A stretch of 32,000 nucleotides of DNA, from the NCBI RefSeq assembly GCF_001564455.1, contig NZ_CP011391.1, positions 1,290,001 to 1,322,000 on the forward strand, written 5' to 3'. Of this stretch, positions 18,015 through 26,858 are shown one piece after another (the first letter of the stretch is position 1; the number at the start of each line of letters is the position of its first letter). Source of the DNA: Faecalibaculum rodentium (lineage in GTDB: Bacteria > Bacillota_I > Bacilli_A > Erysipelotrichales > Erysipelotrichaceae). The notes beneath the pieces were generated by a model that saw only the letters and a list, made by a program, of their open reading frames with translations, did not search any database and was not told the origin of the DNA. The translations under genes were made by a program, and so were the position numbers.

Positions 18015-18632
18015 ATGGTCATCAATATGCTGTTTCCCGCTTTTCTGGGCTTTCTGATTTTCGCACCTTTTCTGGCTCTCGTGTTCAACTGCCTGAAAGG
18101 TGCAGGACATCCCGCTTCCCGTCTGCATACAGCCGGGGTCTTTCTGTTCATGTACTATCTCTTCGGATTGTGGTGGATGACAGGCATCGGTCCGCTGCAG
18201 CCATTTATGCCCCGTCTCGTGCTGGTCCCCTTTGCCGACATGCTTCAGGGACCGGTGGATACGGCCCTCAATGTGGTGCTGTTTGTACCCCTGGGTTTCT
18301 TTCTGCCCTGGCTGTGGCGGACATTCGATGGTCTGAAACAGACGGCGCTGACGGGATTTCTGCTCTCTCTGGGCATCGAACTGCTGCAGGTTTTTGGACT
18401 GGGCATTACGGATATCAACGATCTGATCACTAATACTCTGGGCACCATCCTGGGCTATGGTCTGTTCTGCCTGGTGCAGCATCTCATGAAGCCGGCAACC
18501 CGGAAGAAGTGGCAGATGGGATCTTTGGCCGGTGTGCCCTCCGTGATTCTGCTGATCCTCTCTTCTCTGTTTGTCATGATGTGTCTGCAGCGGCCGTTTC
18601 TGCGGTTTGTGCTATTTCTGGCAGGCTTCTGA
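18015..18632 (+). CDS. VanZ family membrane protein
   Basis: 205 aa. VLFVPLGFFLPW and LSLGIELLQ...GITDINDLITNTLGTILGY match the VanZ-like signature. SD AAAGGAG lies 8 nt upstream. Confidence 0.8.
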   Translation: MVINMLFPAFLGFLIFAPFLALVFNCLKGAGHPASRLHTAGVFLFMYYLFGLWWMTGIGPLQPFMPRLVLVPFADMLQGPVDTALNVVLFVPLGFFLPWLWRTFDGLKQTALTGFLLSLGIELLQVFGLGITDINDLITNTLGTILGYGLFCLVQHLMKPATRKKWQMGSLAGVPSVILLILSSLFVMMCLQRPFLRFVLFLAGF

Positions 18633-18702
18633 TTGAATGACTTCTTTTCGTTTTGGCAGATGGACACTGAAGCTTTCCTGCAAAACGTGATACCATTTTT
18701 TC

Positions 18703-20622
18703 ATGAAACGGTTTGATTACTACAAAGCGGCGGTCTGCACCCCGCCTGTTTCCATTGGCAACCCGAAAGCCAACGTCGATGAAATGCTTCGGATCCTGCA
18801 GTCTCTGGATCCCGATACCCAGCTGGCGGTGTTTCCGGAACTGGCTGTCACCGGTTATACCTGTGCAGACCTGTTCTATGAAGACCTCCTGCTGAATGAG
18901 GCTGTGGACCAGCTGGTCCGGCTGGCTGAAGAGGCACCTGCGAACATGGCTGTGATTGCCGGCATTCCCCTGAAAGCCGGGACCCGGCTGTTCAATGCAG
19001 CGGCCTTCCTCTTTGGCGGAAAGGTCCTTGGTTTTTATGTGAAACACCACCTGCCAGGCTACAACGAGTACTATGAACCCCGCTGGTTTTCCCCAGCCCG
19101 CGACCTGGATGTTTCCGATGTCAAGGTCAATGGGGTCGATGTACCTGTATCAGGGAAGATTCTCTTTGCGGATGAAACCACGGATGCCGTGATCGGCATC
19201 GAAATCTGCGAAGATCTGTGGGTGGCTGTCCCGCCTTCCTCCGGACATGCGCAGGCTGGAGCCAATATTCTCGTGAACTGCTCCGCCTCCAACGAAGTGA
19301 TTGCCAAGAGTGGATACCGTCGTGACCTGGTTTCCAGCCAGAGCGCGAAAACCTACAGCGGTTACCTGTACTGCAGCGCCGGGCCCGATGAGTCCAGCAC
19401 GGATCTGGTCTTTTCCGGGGCCGATCTCATGGCAGAGAACGGAAAGATCCTGGCTGAGACCGCATCTGAGGAAAGCATCTCCTGCGAGATCGACTTGCAG
19501 CATCTGAAAAACGACCGGCTGAAGTTCAAGACATCCCTGCAGGAGAATCGTGAGGGCTATACCGTTGTGACCTATGCTTCTGCCAATCTGGAGACCATCG
19601 AACTGACCCGGGCTGTGGAGGCCTATCCTTTTGTGCCGGGCGATCTGAACAGGCGCCTGGAACGCTGTGAAACCATTCTGGGGATCCAGGCGCAGGGCCT
19701 GGCAACCCGACTGAAAAAGATCGGCTGCCGCCAGGCAGTCATTGGCATCTCCGGGGGTCTGGACAGCACACTGGCGCTGCTGGTGACGGTCCGGGCGTTC
19801 CGGCTGCTGAGACTGCCTGTATCCGGCATCACAGCCGTGACCATGCCGGGGTTCGGCACGACAAAACGGACAAAATCCAATGCGGATGAGCTGATGGAAC
19901 TGTTGGGCGTGACAAGAATGGAAGTTCCCATTGCGGCCAGTGTCCGCCAGCATTTTGCGGACATCGGGCAGGATGAATCGGTACATGACATTACCTATGA
20001 AAACGGTCAGGCCAGAGAGCGGACCCAGATCCTGATGGACCTGGCCAACAAAGTTAACGGCATTGTAATCGGAACCGGTGACCTGTCGGAGCTCGCTCTG
20101 GGCTGGTGCACCTATAATGGTGATCATATGAGCATGTATGCGGTGAACGCCAGTGTACCCAAGACACTGGTCCGTTATCTGGTGGAAAGCGAAGCGCTGT
20201 CCGCCAGAAAGGCCGGCAATACAAAGCTGGAACGTGTCCTGCTGGATATCTGCGATACCCCGGTTTCTCCGGAACTGCTGCCGCCGGACAAAGACGGGAA
20301 TATCGCGCAGAAAACCGAGGAAGTGCTTGGAAGCTATGACCTTCACGACTTCTTCCTGTACCATATGCTGCGGTATCATGAAAGTCCGGAGAAGATCTTC
20401 GAACTGGCCAGACTGGCTTTCCCGCAGGTGGATGCGGGGAAGATCAAGGAATCGCTGCGGACCTTCTACCGGCGGTTCTTTGCCCAGCAGTTCAAGCGCA
20501 GCTGTCTGCCGGATGGACCGAAGGTTGGTTCCATCTGTCTGTCTCCCAGGGGAGACTGGCGGATGCCGAGTGATGCCAGTGCGGCCCTCTGGCTGAAGCA
20601 GGCAGAAGAACTGGATGTGTGA
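18703..20622 (+). CDS. nadE: Glutamine-dependent NAD+ synthetase (nitrilase/CN-hydrolase domain + NAD synthetase domain)
   Basis: 639 aa. N-terminal CN-hydrolase fold (FPELAVTGY, EICEDLW, C-S-A). C-terminal PP-loop SGGLDST. Confidence 0.95.
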   Translation: MKRFDYYKAAVCTPPVSIGNPKANVDEMLRILQSLDPDTQLAVFPELAVTGYTCADLFYEDLLLNEAVDQLVRLAEEAPANMAVIAGIPLKAGTRLFNAAAFLFGGKVLGFYVKHHLPGYNEYYEPRWFSPARDLDVSDVKVNGVDVPVSGKILFADETTDAVIGIEICEDLWVAVPPSSGHAQAGANILVNCSASNEVIAKSGYRRDLVSSQSAKTYSGYLYCSAGPDESSTDLVFSGADLMAENGKILAETASEESISCEIDLQHLKNDRLKFKTSLQENREGYTVVTYASANLETIELTRAVEAYPFVPGDLNRRLERCETILGIQAQGLATRLKKIGCRQAVIGISGGLDSTLALLVTVRAFRLLRLPVSGITAVTMPGFGTTKRTKSNADELMELLGVTRMEVPIAASVRQHFADIGQDESVHDITYENGQARERTQILMDLANKVNGIVIGTGDLSELALGWCTYNGDHMSMYAVNASVPKTLVRYLVESEALSARKAGNTKLERVLLDICDTPVSPELLPPDKDGNIAQKTEEVLGSYDLHDFFLYHMLRYHESPEKIFELARLAFPQVDAGKIKESLRTFYRRFFAQQFKRSCLPDGPKVGSICLSPRGDWRMPSDASAALWLKQAEELDV

Positions 20623-20628
20623 ATTGTG

Positions 20629-20669
20629 AAAACCCACCAGTCAGAAACGAGATCTGACTGGTGGGTTTT
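20629..20669. terminator. Bidirectional intrinsic terminator (nadE / island membrane protein gene)
   Basis: AAAACCCACCAGTCAGA-AACGAGA-TCTGACTGGTGGGTTTT is a 17 bp perfect stem with A/T runs on both sides. Confidence 0.85.
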
Positions 20670-20699
20670 GCAATATGGTCAAAAAAGAGCTGTTCCAGC

Positions 20700-21152
20700 T
20701 TACCTGACTGTTTTCTGAGGATGTGCAGGATGATGGAACCGGCACAGCAGGGCTGTTCTCCAGACGCTCAGCTCAATGATGGAGACATGGAACAAAACCT
20801 CATAATTCAAGGTATGAGCCGGATACAGAAACATCAGGAGCCGGATATCCGTTATCAGGTAAATCATCCAGAACAATGTGGAAATACTCAGGATGATGAG
20901 AGACCTGTATCCCACCCCGGCTTTGTTGAGAACCAGCAGAAACAGCTCGGAAAAGACAACAGAGAATACAGAAAGCCAGACGGGATGCACGACGCTGTTT
21001 CCAAACAGATGGCTTGTCGGGACAATAGAACTGCACAGAAAGCACACAATAAAGAGCAGCAGTGGTGCCAGAATAAGAACAGCTGTCAGCAACAGCTTTT
21101 TGATTGAATCAAACACAGGCAGATGCAGACAGACAACGGGATGAGAATCCAT
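20700..21152 (-). CDS. Hypothetical integral membrane protein (150 aa)
   Basis: Several hydrophobic helices. The opposite-strand ORF 20661..21107 is Q/N/K-rich, typical of the antisense of a membrane gene. It has no SD of its own and its start is overlapped by a short upstream ORF. Confidence 0.55.
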   Translation of the reverse strand: MDSHPVVCLHLPVFDSIKKLLLTAVLILAPLLLFIVCFLCSSIVPTSHLFGNSVVHPVWLSVFSVVFSELFLLVLNKAGVGYRSLIILSISTLFWMIYLITDIRLLMFLYPAHTLNYEVLFHVSIIELSVWRTALLCRFHHPAHPQKTVR

Positions 21153-21201
21153 CGGCGTGATGGCTTCGTGAGGACAGGAATGCAGTGTGCAGCGGATTCA
21201 T
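21109..21201 (-). CDS. Short upstream ORF A (30 aa) starting at the conserved SD+ATGAAT of leader copy A
   Basis: GAAAGAAGGGA SD lies 5 nt before the ATG at 21201. It encodes MNPLHTAFLSSRSHHADGFSSRCLSASACV*. It overlaps the start of the 150-aa membrane protein ORF in another frame. Translation is unproven. Confidence 0.3.
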   Translation of the reverse strand: MNPLHTAFLSSRSHHADGFSSRCLSASACV

Positions 21202-21272
21202 AAAATTCCCTTCTTTCCGGCAGGTTTCAGCCTGCTTCTGATTTGCGGTAAGCGTTTTGCCACCAAATTGTC
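21190..21272 (-). repeat. Duplicated promoter/leader element, copy A
   Basis: It aligns with 22016-22101 at roughly 75-80% identity by eye. Shared strings (plus strand) are CAGCG, GATTCATA, CTTTCCGG, CCTGCTTCTGATTTG, GGTAAGCGTTTT and AAATTGTC. Confidence 0.8.
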
Positions 21273-21376
21273 TGATATTCCTGAAGGTGTTGGTTCAGGT
21301 GACTGGTCAGCATCGTCGAATCATGGAAACGGGTTTGACTGATATCTGACTAGACTGACCTGCGTGCAGGCATCCG

Positions 21377-21892
21377 TTATTGGATGTAGTCTCTGACTGC
21401 CATAAACTGCACAGTCAGTATTTTGCAGCCCGAATGGTCTGTCATCTGCGGGTCATGATAATGAAATTCCAGCAGTGGAGCTGCTTCTCTTGGAACCAGT
21501 CGTTCATCGGTTGACGGAACAACATAATTCCAGTCGGAATCCGGTGACTGAAGAAGTCTCTCGTTGGCTTCCCACATATCACCATGAAAAACGACATTAT
21601 ACGTTTCGGCATCAGTTTGGCTGATTTGAAGGGTCGACTCATCACTGTGCAATGTCTGTTCTGTCAGAAAAGAATAAGGATTGTCTCTTGTGTTGTCAAA
21701 ATCAGTGAATGCCATACAGACTTTGTAAGCGTCAGATTCAGGAACAGAGATCTTCCACTCCCAGCTGTCTTCGCTTTCATTCGTGAGGACAATCCCGCAA
21801 TCCGGTTGTGCCGCGCATCCGGAGAAAATCAGCGTCTGCAGAGATATAAACAGAAATCTGCTTTTCTTAGCGGTGTAACGCCTATATTTCAT
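21377..21892 (-). CDS. Hypothetical lipoprotein
   Basis: Start set at MKYRRYTAKKSRFLFISLQTLIFSGC, which has basic n-region, hydrophobic core and lipobox L-I-F-S-G-C. I recognise no family. Confidence 0.7.
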   Translation of the reverse strand: MKYRRYTAKKSRFLFISLQTLIFSGCAAQPDCGIVLTNESEDSWEWKISVPESDAYKVCMAFTDFDNTRDNPYSFLTEQTLHSDESTLQISQTDAETYNVVFHGDMWEANERLLQSPDSDWNYVVPSTDERLVPREAAPLLEFHYHDPQMTDHSGCKILTVQFMAVRDYIQ

Positions 21893-22028
21893 GGGAAACC
21901 TGTTTCTGTCTCCAGGATGGATACCAGACAGCATTGTATGGATACAGATCTGAATCCAGTCCCCTGCCAGCAGTTAACGTAAAGGCTGCAGCTTCTGATT
22001 CAACAGCCAAAGATACAGCGTGATTCAT
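21882..22028 (-). CDS. Short upstream ORF B (48 aa) starting at the conserved SD+ATGAAT of leader copy B
   Basis: GAAAGAGGGAGA SD lies before the ATG at 22028. It encodes MNHAVSLAVESEAAAFTLTAGRGLDSDLYPYNAVWYPSWRQKQVSHEI*. Its stop overlaps the lipoprotein ATG region by 11 nt. Translation is unproven. Confidence 0.3.
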   Translation of the reverse strand: MNHAVSLAVESEAAAFTLTAGRGLDSDLYPYNAVWYPSWRQKQVSHEI

Positions 22029-22101
22029 AGTTCTCCCTCTTTCCGGTAGGTGTGTTCCTGCTTCTGATTTGATGGTAAGCGTTTTCAATCACAAAATTGT
22101 C
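22016..22101 (-). repeat. Duplicated promoter/leader element, copy B
   Basis: See copy A. This copy lies in the divergent intergenic region shared with the response-regulator gene. Confidence 0.8.
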
Positions 22102-22146
22102 ACGGTCTCCAGACTGTGATACTTTTTTTACAGAAAGTTGAATACC

Positions 22147-22788
22147 ATGAATATTTTATTGATTGAAGATGATGCAATCTTGTCAGATACCATCTGCCAG
22201 TCCCTGAAGCCTGTGCGCTGCGTACAATGCAATTCCCTGTCTGGTGCATTTGATCAGACGGAAGAACAGTGGGATGTCATTCTGCTGGATCTTAACCTTC
22301 CCGATGGATCAGGCATGCAGTTTCTCCAGATTCTGCTGGAAATTTCAGATGTGCCGGTTATTATTATTTCTTCCAGAGATTCAAATCAGGAAATTATTGC
22401 AGGGTACACCGCCCAGGCGGATGACTATCTCGTAAAACCCTTTGGACTGGACATTCTCAGAGCCAAAACCGACCGCATCCTGTTCCGGACTCACACGCTG
22501 CGAAAAAGCGGCTGCATTCTGGTGGCAGACAAAGGCCTGCTGGTGGGAGATAACGACAGAAGCATTACACTGTCTCCCACGGAGACAGCCATACTGTCCT
22601 GCCTTTTTTCACGCAGCCTTTCCCATTACAGCGATCTGATCCGCCATATCTATACCCGGACCGGCAAGGAAGCCACTGTCAGAACAGTAAGTACCCGCAT
22701 CAGTGAGCTGAAACGAAAGCTGGTGGACATTTCCCTTTCGATCATCGGAAACGCCAGTTCCGGCTATTCCGTGAAAAGAGATCTCTGA
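22147..22788 (+). CDS. OmpR/PhoB-type response regulator
   Basis: Receiver domain MNILLIEDD ... DVILLDLNLPDGSG ... DDYLVKPF, with a divergent winged-helix C-terminus. The ATG at 22147 is preferred over the TTG at 22138. Confidence 0.9.
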   Translation: MNILLIEDDAILSDTICQSLKPVRCVQCNSLSGAFDQTEEQWDVILLDLNLPDGSGMQFLQILLEISDVPVIIISSRDSNQEIIAGYTAQADDYLVKPFGLDILRAKTDRILFRTHTLRKSGCILVADKGLLVGDNDRSITLSPTETAILSCLFSRSLSHYSDLIRHIYTRTGKEATVRTVSTRISELKRKLVDISLSIIGNASSGYSVKRDL

Positions 22789-23761
22789 TGCACAGATATT
22801 TGCCTGTTGTTTTTCTTGCAGTATCCTGCTGCGGAATGGTGGTTTTCTTTGGATCCGGGTGTCTGGAGCTCGCAGGTTTGTATCAGGAACCCTCAGTCCA
22901 CGAAATCCAATGGATCATGATGCAGTCTGCCCGTCAGCCTGGTTTTCTGATCTGTGGTTTGCTTGCAGCTGTAAACCTGATCGCTCTTGTGTGGGAAATT
23001 CACTGGTTCAGCTATTTGGACAGCCGACTTGCAAGACATATAAGGAACCATCATTCGGATCCTGTCTTTCCACTGAGCTGCAAAGCATGGGAAAGCTCAA
23101 GAAGGTCTTTTGAGCAGAAACAGGCTGCTTTACGCCTTCAACTGCGAGAACAGCAATACCGCTATGAAAACCTGTGTCATCAACTGAAATCCGGTCTTTG
23201 CGCATTGCAGCTGCAGGCAGACATAAGCGAAAATCCGCCTATGATCCGGGCAGTCCGCCATATGAATGAACTCGTGGAAAATATGCTGAAAACTGCCGGT
23301 CAGAGCGCTTTGGAAAAAGGCATGACGTTTTCATCCCTCTCTCTGGACCGGCTTGTCACAAATATTGTGATGAATCATCCACACATGACACGCATCAAGA
23401 CCAATCTTGCTCCTGTCCGGTTTCATGGGGACTGCTTTTACCTGCAGGAACTGCTGTTGACCTTGTTGGACAATGCCCTGGATGCCTGTTCGGGGAGGAC
23501 AAAGTTTTCCTGCAGCTGAGATCTGCACAAGATCACATTTTTTTGACTGTTAAAAATCAGGGACTGATCAGTCAGGATCAGCTGGATGCAGCCTTCCAGA
23601 GATATGTGACCAGTTCTCCTGGCCATTTCGGCATCGGGCTTGCCATGGCTGGAGAAATTGCACAGGCTCATCACGGGACCCTCAGTGGCAAAGCATCAGA
23701 TGGCTGGATCACTATGACACTGTCCTTTCCTCACTGCAGGCTGGAAAGAGAAATCCTGTGA
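22788..23761 (+). pseudogene. Intramembrane-sensing-type histidine kinase, interrupted by a frameshift near 23487
   Basis: Two N-terminal TM helices with a short loop. H-box LCHQLKSGLCAL and N-box LLDNALDA are in frame 1, which stops at 23517-23519. The rest is in the +2 frame: FGEDKVFLQLRSAQDHIFLTVKNQG (G1) and GHFGIGLAMA (G2). The track splits it into 22788..23519 and 23543..23761. Confidence 0.8.
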
Positions 23762-23810
23762 CAGTTCTGTAACTGGCTTTATGTATCCTCATGGAAAAGG
23801 TGGTGACAGT

Positions 23811-24485
23811 ATGCTTGTACGGACAGAAAATCTCACAAAATCCTACGGTCTGACCCGCGCTCTGGATCACTGTTCTCTGAGGTTTACCGATGGTCAATTC
23901 ACTGCCGTCATTGGCAGAAGCGGTTCGGGAAAATCCACTTTGCTGAAGATGATTGCAGGTCTGGAAAAACCGGATTTGGGAACCGTGTTGTTGGATCACT
24001 GCAACATGACTGAACTGTCCGAAGAAAAGGCTGCCTTATTTCGGGCTGACCACATCGGATTCGTGTTCCAGTTTTTTGCGCTGGTTTCCATCTGTATAAT
24101 TCAGGAAAACCTGTCCCTGATCCAGGAAACAGGAACTTTCCTCAGAGATACAGACTGGGAGAAAGAAATCATTGACCGGACAGGCATTCGTCCGTTTCTG
24201 GACAAATTCCCTCATGAATTATCCGGAGGACAGCAGCAAAGGGCAGCCATAACTGCAGCTTTGATACGCAAGCCTGATCTCATCCTGGTGGATGAACCAA
24301 CTGGCAATCTGGACAGACAATCCGGAATAGAGATCATGCGCCTGCTAAAACTGTGTCAGAGCGAACTTGGGATTACTGTGATCATGGTCACTCATGATTT
24401 GGACCTTGCCAAACAGACAGACCGGATCGTAGAACTGAGAGATGGAAAGCCGTGGCTGTATGAAACGACGGATACGATGGATTAA
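23811..24485 (+). CDS. ABC transporter ATP-binding protein (MacB/BceA-like)
   Basis: Walker A GRSGSGKST, LSGGQQQR, Walker B LILVDEPTGNLD and H-loop VTHD. Start at the ATG at 23811 (MLVRTENL) with AAAGGTGGTGA SD. Confidence 0.9.
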   Translation: MLVRTENLTKSYGLTRALDHCSLRFTDGQFTAVIGRSGSGKSTLLKMIAGLEKPDLGTVLLDHCNMTELSEEKAALFRADHIGFVFQFFALVSICIIQENLSLIQETGTFLRDTDWEKEIIDRTGIRPFLDKFPHELSGGQQQRAAITAALIRKPDLILVDEPTGNLDRQSGIEIMRLLKLCQSELGITVIMVTHDLDLAKQTDRIVELRDGKPWLYETTDTMD

Positions 24486-26748
24486 GCCTGCACAGATATT
24501 GGTATTGACTTCAACCTGTCTGTTTTCCTGCCTGCTCTTTGAATCAGGGTTGTACCTGCAGCAGATAGCCAGAGCCCAGGAGCAAAGGGAATCTGAGCAG
24601 TGGTATGGAAGCTGGGATGCCATGGCAGTGGATGTGAGGGAAAGTGATATCAACACCCTGAAACAGGATCCGATGATCGAATCTGTCGGGACTGTCAGAA
24701 TCATTGATGTCCTTTGCAGTCATGTCCCCATCCGCTGTGGACAGGCGGATGTTGCTTTTTTCAAACAGGCAGAACTGAGACTGAAAGAAGGAAGATATCC
24801 ACAAAAACCCGGAGAGGCTTTGATTGAATCATCCATGCTCGATGAGCTGAAGAGAAGTTATATCCTTGGACAGGAGCTGAAGCTTGAGCTGGAGAATGAA
24901 GAAATCTGGTTTGTGACCATTGTGGGGATCACAGATTCCTACAGGTCTGGCTGGACTTGGGGAAATCGTATGCCGTCACTGTTCACGACTCTGCCGACTC
25001 TGCAGGACAGCAGGGCTTCCCTCCTGCTTCAGTCTCAGGAGGGCTGGGAGCAGTCGCTGCCGGACAAAATGCGGTCTCTGAAAATGGTTATGAATGAACG
25101 GCTGAAACAGTCCCCTCAACCTGCCTCTACGTTGTCCTGGTCCATGGTCATCCTGGCTCTGGTCGCAACGGTCCTTTTCCCATGGATCTGGATGACGATC
25201 CTGACAAGAAAGCGTGAAATGGATCTGAGTATTCTGAAACTCAGAGGCAGAAGCTCCCGGCAGCTGTGTACAGACCTGCTTCGGATCCTGTATCTGGCAG
25301 AGATACCTTCGTTGATCATCACCATAGTTGCCTGTTTTTGGATTCCCTGGTCATGGATCTGGCTGGTGAGTTTGACTCTCATGCCCATCCTGATCATCGG
25401 AGTCTGTCGACATCAACTGCAGTCGATTCCATCCTCCATCAACGCCTACGGGACGGCGAATGCATTGCTTCCTGACTTGAGCGTTAGAACCGGGAATATG
25501 ATGCAGACACATCAGCTTGCTTCCCGTCTCCGGCAAACAGGCATCCATAAACAGCGGATACATCTTCTGGCTCTCGGGTTTTGCATAATGATCTGCATGC
25601 TGTCTTTCTTTTGTGCCGGTCAGATACAACAGCAATACAATGACATCTGGGAAGTCCCCGATTTTACACTTGACGTACCTGGGACTGCTCACACAAATCA
25701 TCAAAAGCCATTGTCTGCACAGCAGCTGGCAGCAATAGAAGCAGTCAGCGGTGTGAAAAAAACTGCAACTGCGATGTGTGAGAGCGGCTGGATGATGAAC
25801 TGGGAAGATTGTGGTCAATCCTGCATCAGAGGTATCTTCAAACAGGATGATGCTTTCATCGGACTATCGCCCGACGAAAATGGCATTCCATCCTTGTATC
25901 CAGAACTGATTGTGCTGCAGGATGGACCGCTGAAGACCCTGGTATTGGATTTGGCTGATGTATCAGAGGATACGTTTGATTCTGGTGACTCGGCAATTAT
26001 CTGCCTTCCTGCATTCCAGCATTTCTACCAGGAAGAATATGGTTCCGGTGAAATCAGGTATCACGATTTTGCTTCAGAGAAGGAAGTCTGGTCAGAAACA
26101 ACAATACAGCCCGGAACACTAATCACTCTCAGTGATTCAGATCAGAAACAAAAAGAGCTGACTATTCAAGGTATCCTGAAAGAAGCACCGGCAATATGGC
26201 TGGATTCTCTTTCCCTGTGGGATCAGGTCCCAGGAAGCGGCGTTCCCTATTCATTGTTTGTGAATGAATCATTTCTGAAAAACGCGTATTCAACCGTTCA
26301 TGTATGGACAGAGCGTGCAACAGGAAGCCTGACAGAAAAGCAGATCTCGCAGCTGGCCAGCCGTATGAATCTCAGTCTGAGAAACCGGTATCCAGAGAAA
26401 ACGAAACTTCTGGACAGCCTTTGCTTCCAGTATCGTATGCTGTATCTGTTTTCTGCGGTATCTGCCCTTGCCTGTCTTCTGATCATGCTTCAGCTGCAGA
26501 GACAGCAGAATCATAAACTTGAAACACTTTGTCTGCAGCTCAGGCAGGTATTCATTCCACCATCTGCTGTCAAAGAACTGAAGAGCTGTTATAGAAGTCA
26601 GGTTTTGTTCAGAACAGCTGTTGTACTGATACTTGCTGCTTTCGCTGGATGGCTTTTGACACCTGATGATACGAATTCTGACCAGGATGCTGCTTCGTAT
26701 TATCAGCTGTCTGTATCCGAAGAATATGATATGTCAGAAAGTCCTTGA
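24460..26748 (+). CDS. FtsX-family ABC permease with two large extracytoplasmic domains
   Basis: Layout is TM1, ~210-aa loop starting YGSWDA, 3 TM with the FtsX loop RKREMDLSILKLRGRSSRQL, TM, ~250-aa loop, then 2 TM with a second degenerate FtsX loop. The start is uncertain (24442 or 24460). It overlaps the ATPase gene end. Confidence 0.75.
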   Translation: MKRRIRWIKPAQILVLTSTCLFSCLLFESGLYLQQIARAQEQRESEQWYGSWDAMAVDVRESDINTLKQDPMIESVGTVRIIDVLCSHVPIRCGQADVAFFKQAELRLKEGRYPQKPGEALIESSMLDELKRSYILGQELKLELENEEIWFVTIVGITDSYRSGWTWGNRMPSLFTTLPTLQDSRASLLLQSQEGWEQSLPDKMRSLKMVMNERLKQSPQPASTLSWSMVILALVATVLFPWIWMTILTRKREMDLSILKLRGRSSRQLCTDLLRILYLAEIPSLIITIVACFWIPWSWIWLVSLTLMPILIIGVCRHQLQSIPSSINAYGTANALLPDLSVRTGNMMQTHQLASRLRQTGIHKQRIHLLALGFCIMICMLSFFCAGQIQQQYNDIWEVPDFTLDVPGTAHTNHQKPLSAQQLAAIEAVSGVKKTATAMCESGWMMNWEDCGQSCIRGIFKQDDAFIGLSPDENGIPSLYPELIVLQDGPLKTLVLDLADVSEDTFDSGDSAIICLPAFQHFYQEEYGSGEIRYHDFASEKEVWSETTIQPGTLITLSDSDQKQKELTIQGILKEAPAIWLDSLSLWDQVPGSGVPYSLFVNESFLKNAYSTVHVWTERATGSLTEKQISQLASRMNLSLRNRYPEKTKLLDSLCFQYRMLYLFSAVSALACLLIMLQLQRQQNHKLETLCLQLRQVFIPPSAVKELKSCYRSQVLFRTAVVLILAAFAGWLLTPDDTNSDQDAASYYQLSVSEEYDMSESP

Positions 26749-26858
26749 GATTTGCCAGTATATCAAGGGATTCTTCAGTACCTGCCTGGTCTTTTCATAT
26801 GGGTACAAACCAGAAATATGAGGATTGTCTGAAACCACCGCCATCCTTGTGAATCCGG

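Noticed and set aside
20661-21107. 148-aa plus-strand ORF downstream of nadE.
   Set aside because: Its Q/N/K/D-rich sequence is typical of the reverse complement of a membrane-protein gene. It starts inside the nadE terminator hairpin. The opposite-strand hydrophobic ORF is preferred.
21882-22088. 68-aa ORF as given in the track (start at 22088).
   Set aside because: The first 20 codons lie inside the conserved non-coding leader and have no SD. The SD-preceded conserved ATG is at 22028, giving the 48-aa version, and even that is only a candidate uORF.
23543-23761. 72-aa TTG-start ORF treated as an independent small gene.
   Set aside because: It is the G1/G2-box C-terminal part of the histidine kinase in the +2 frame. 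That frame is already open and kinase-like from about 23489.
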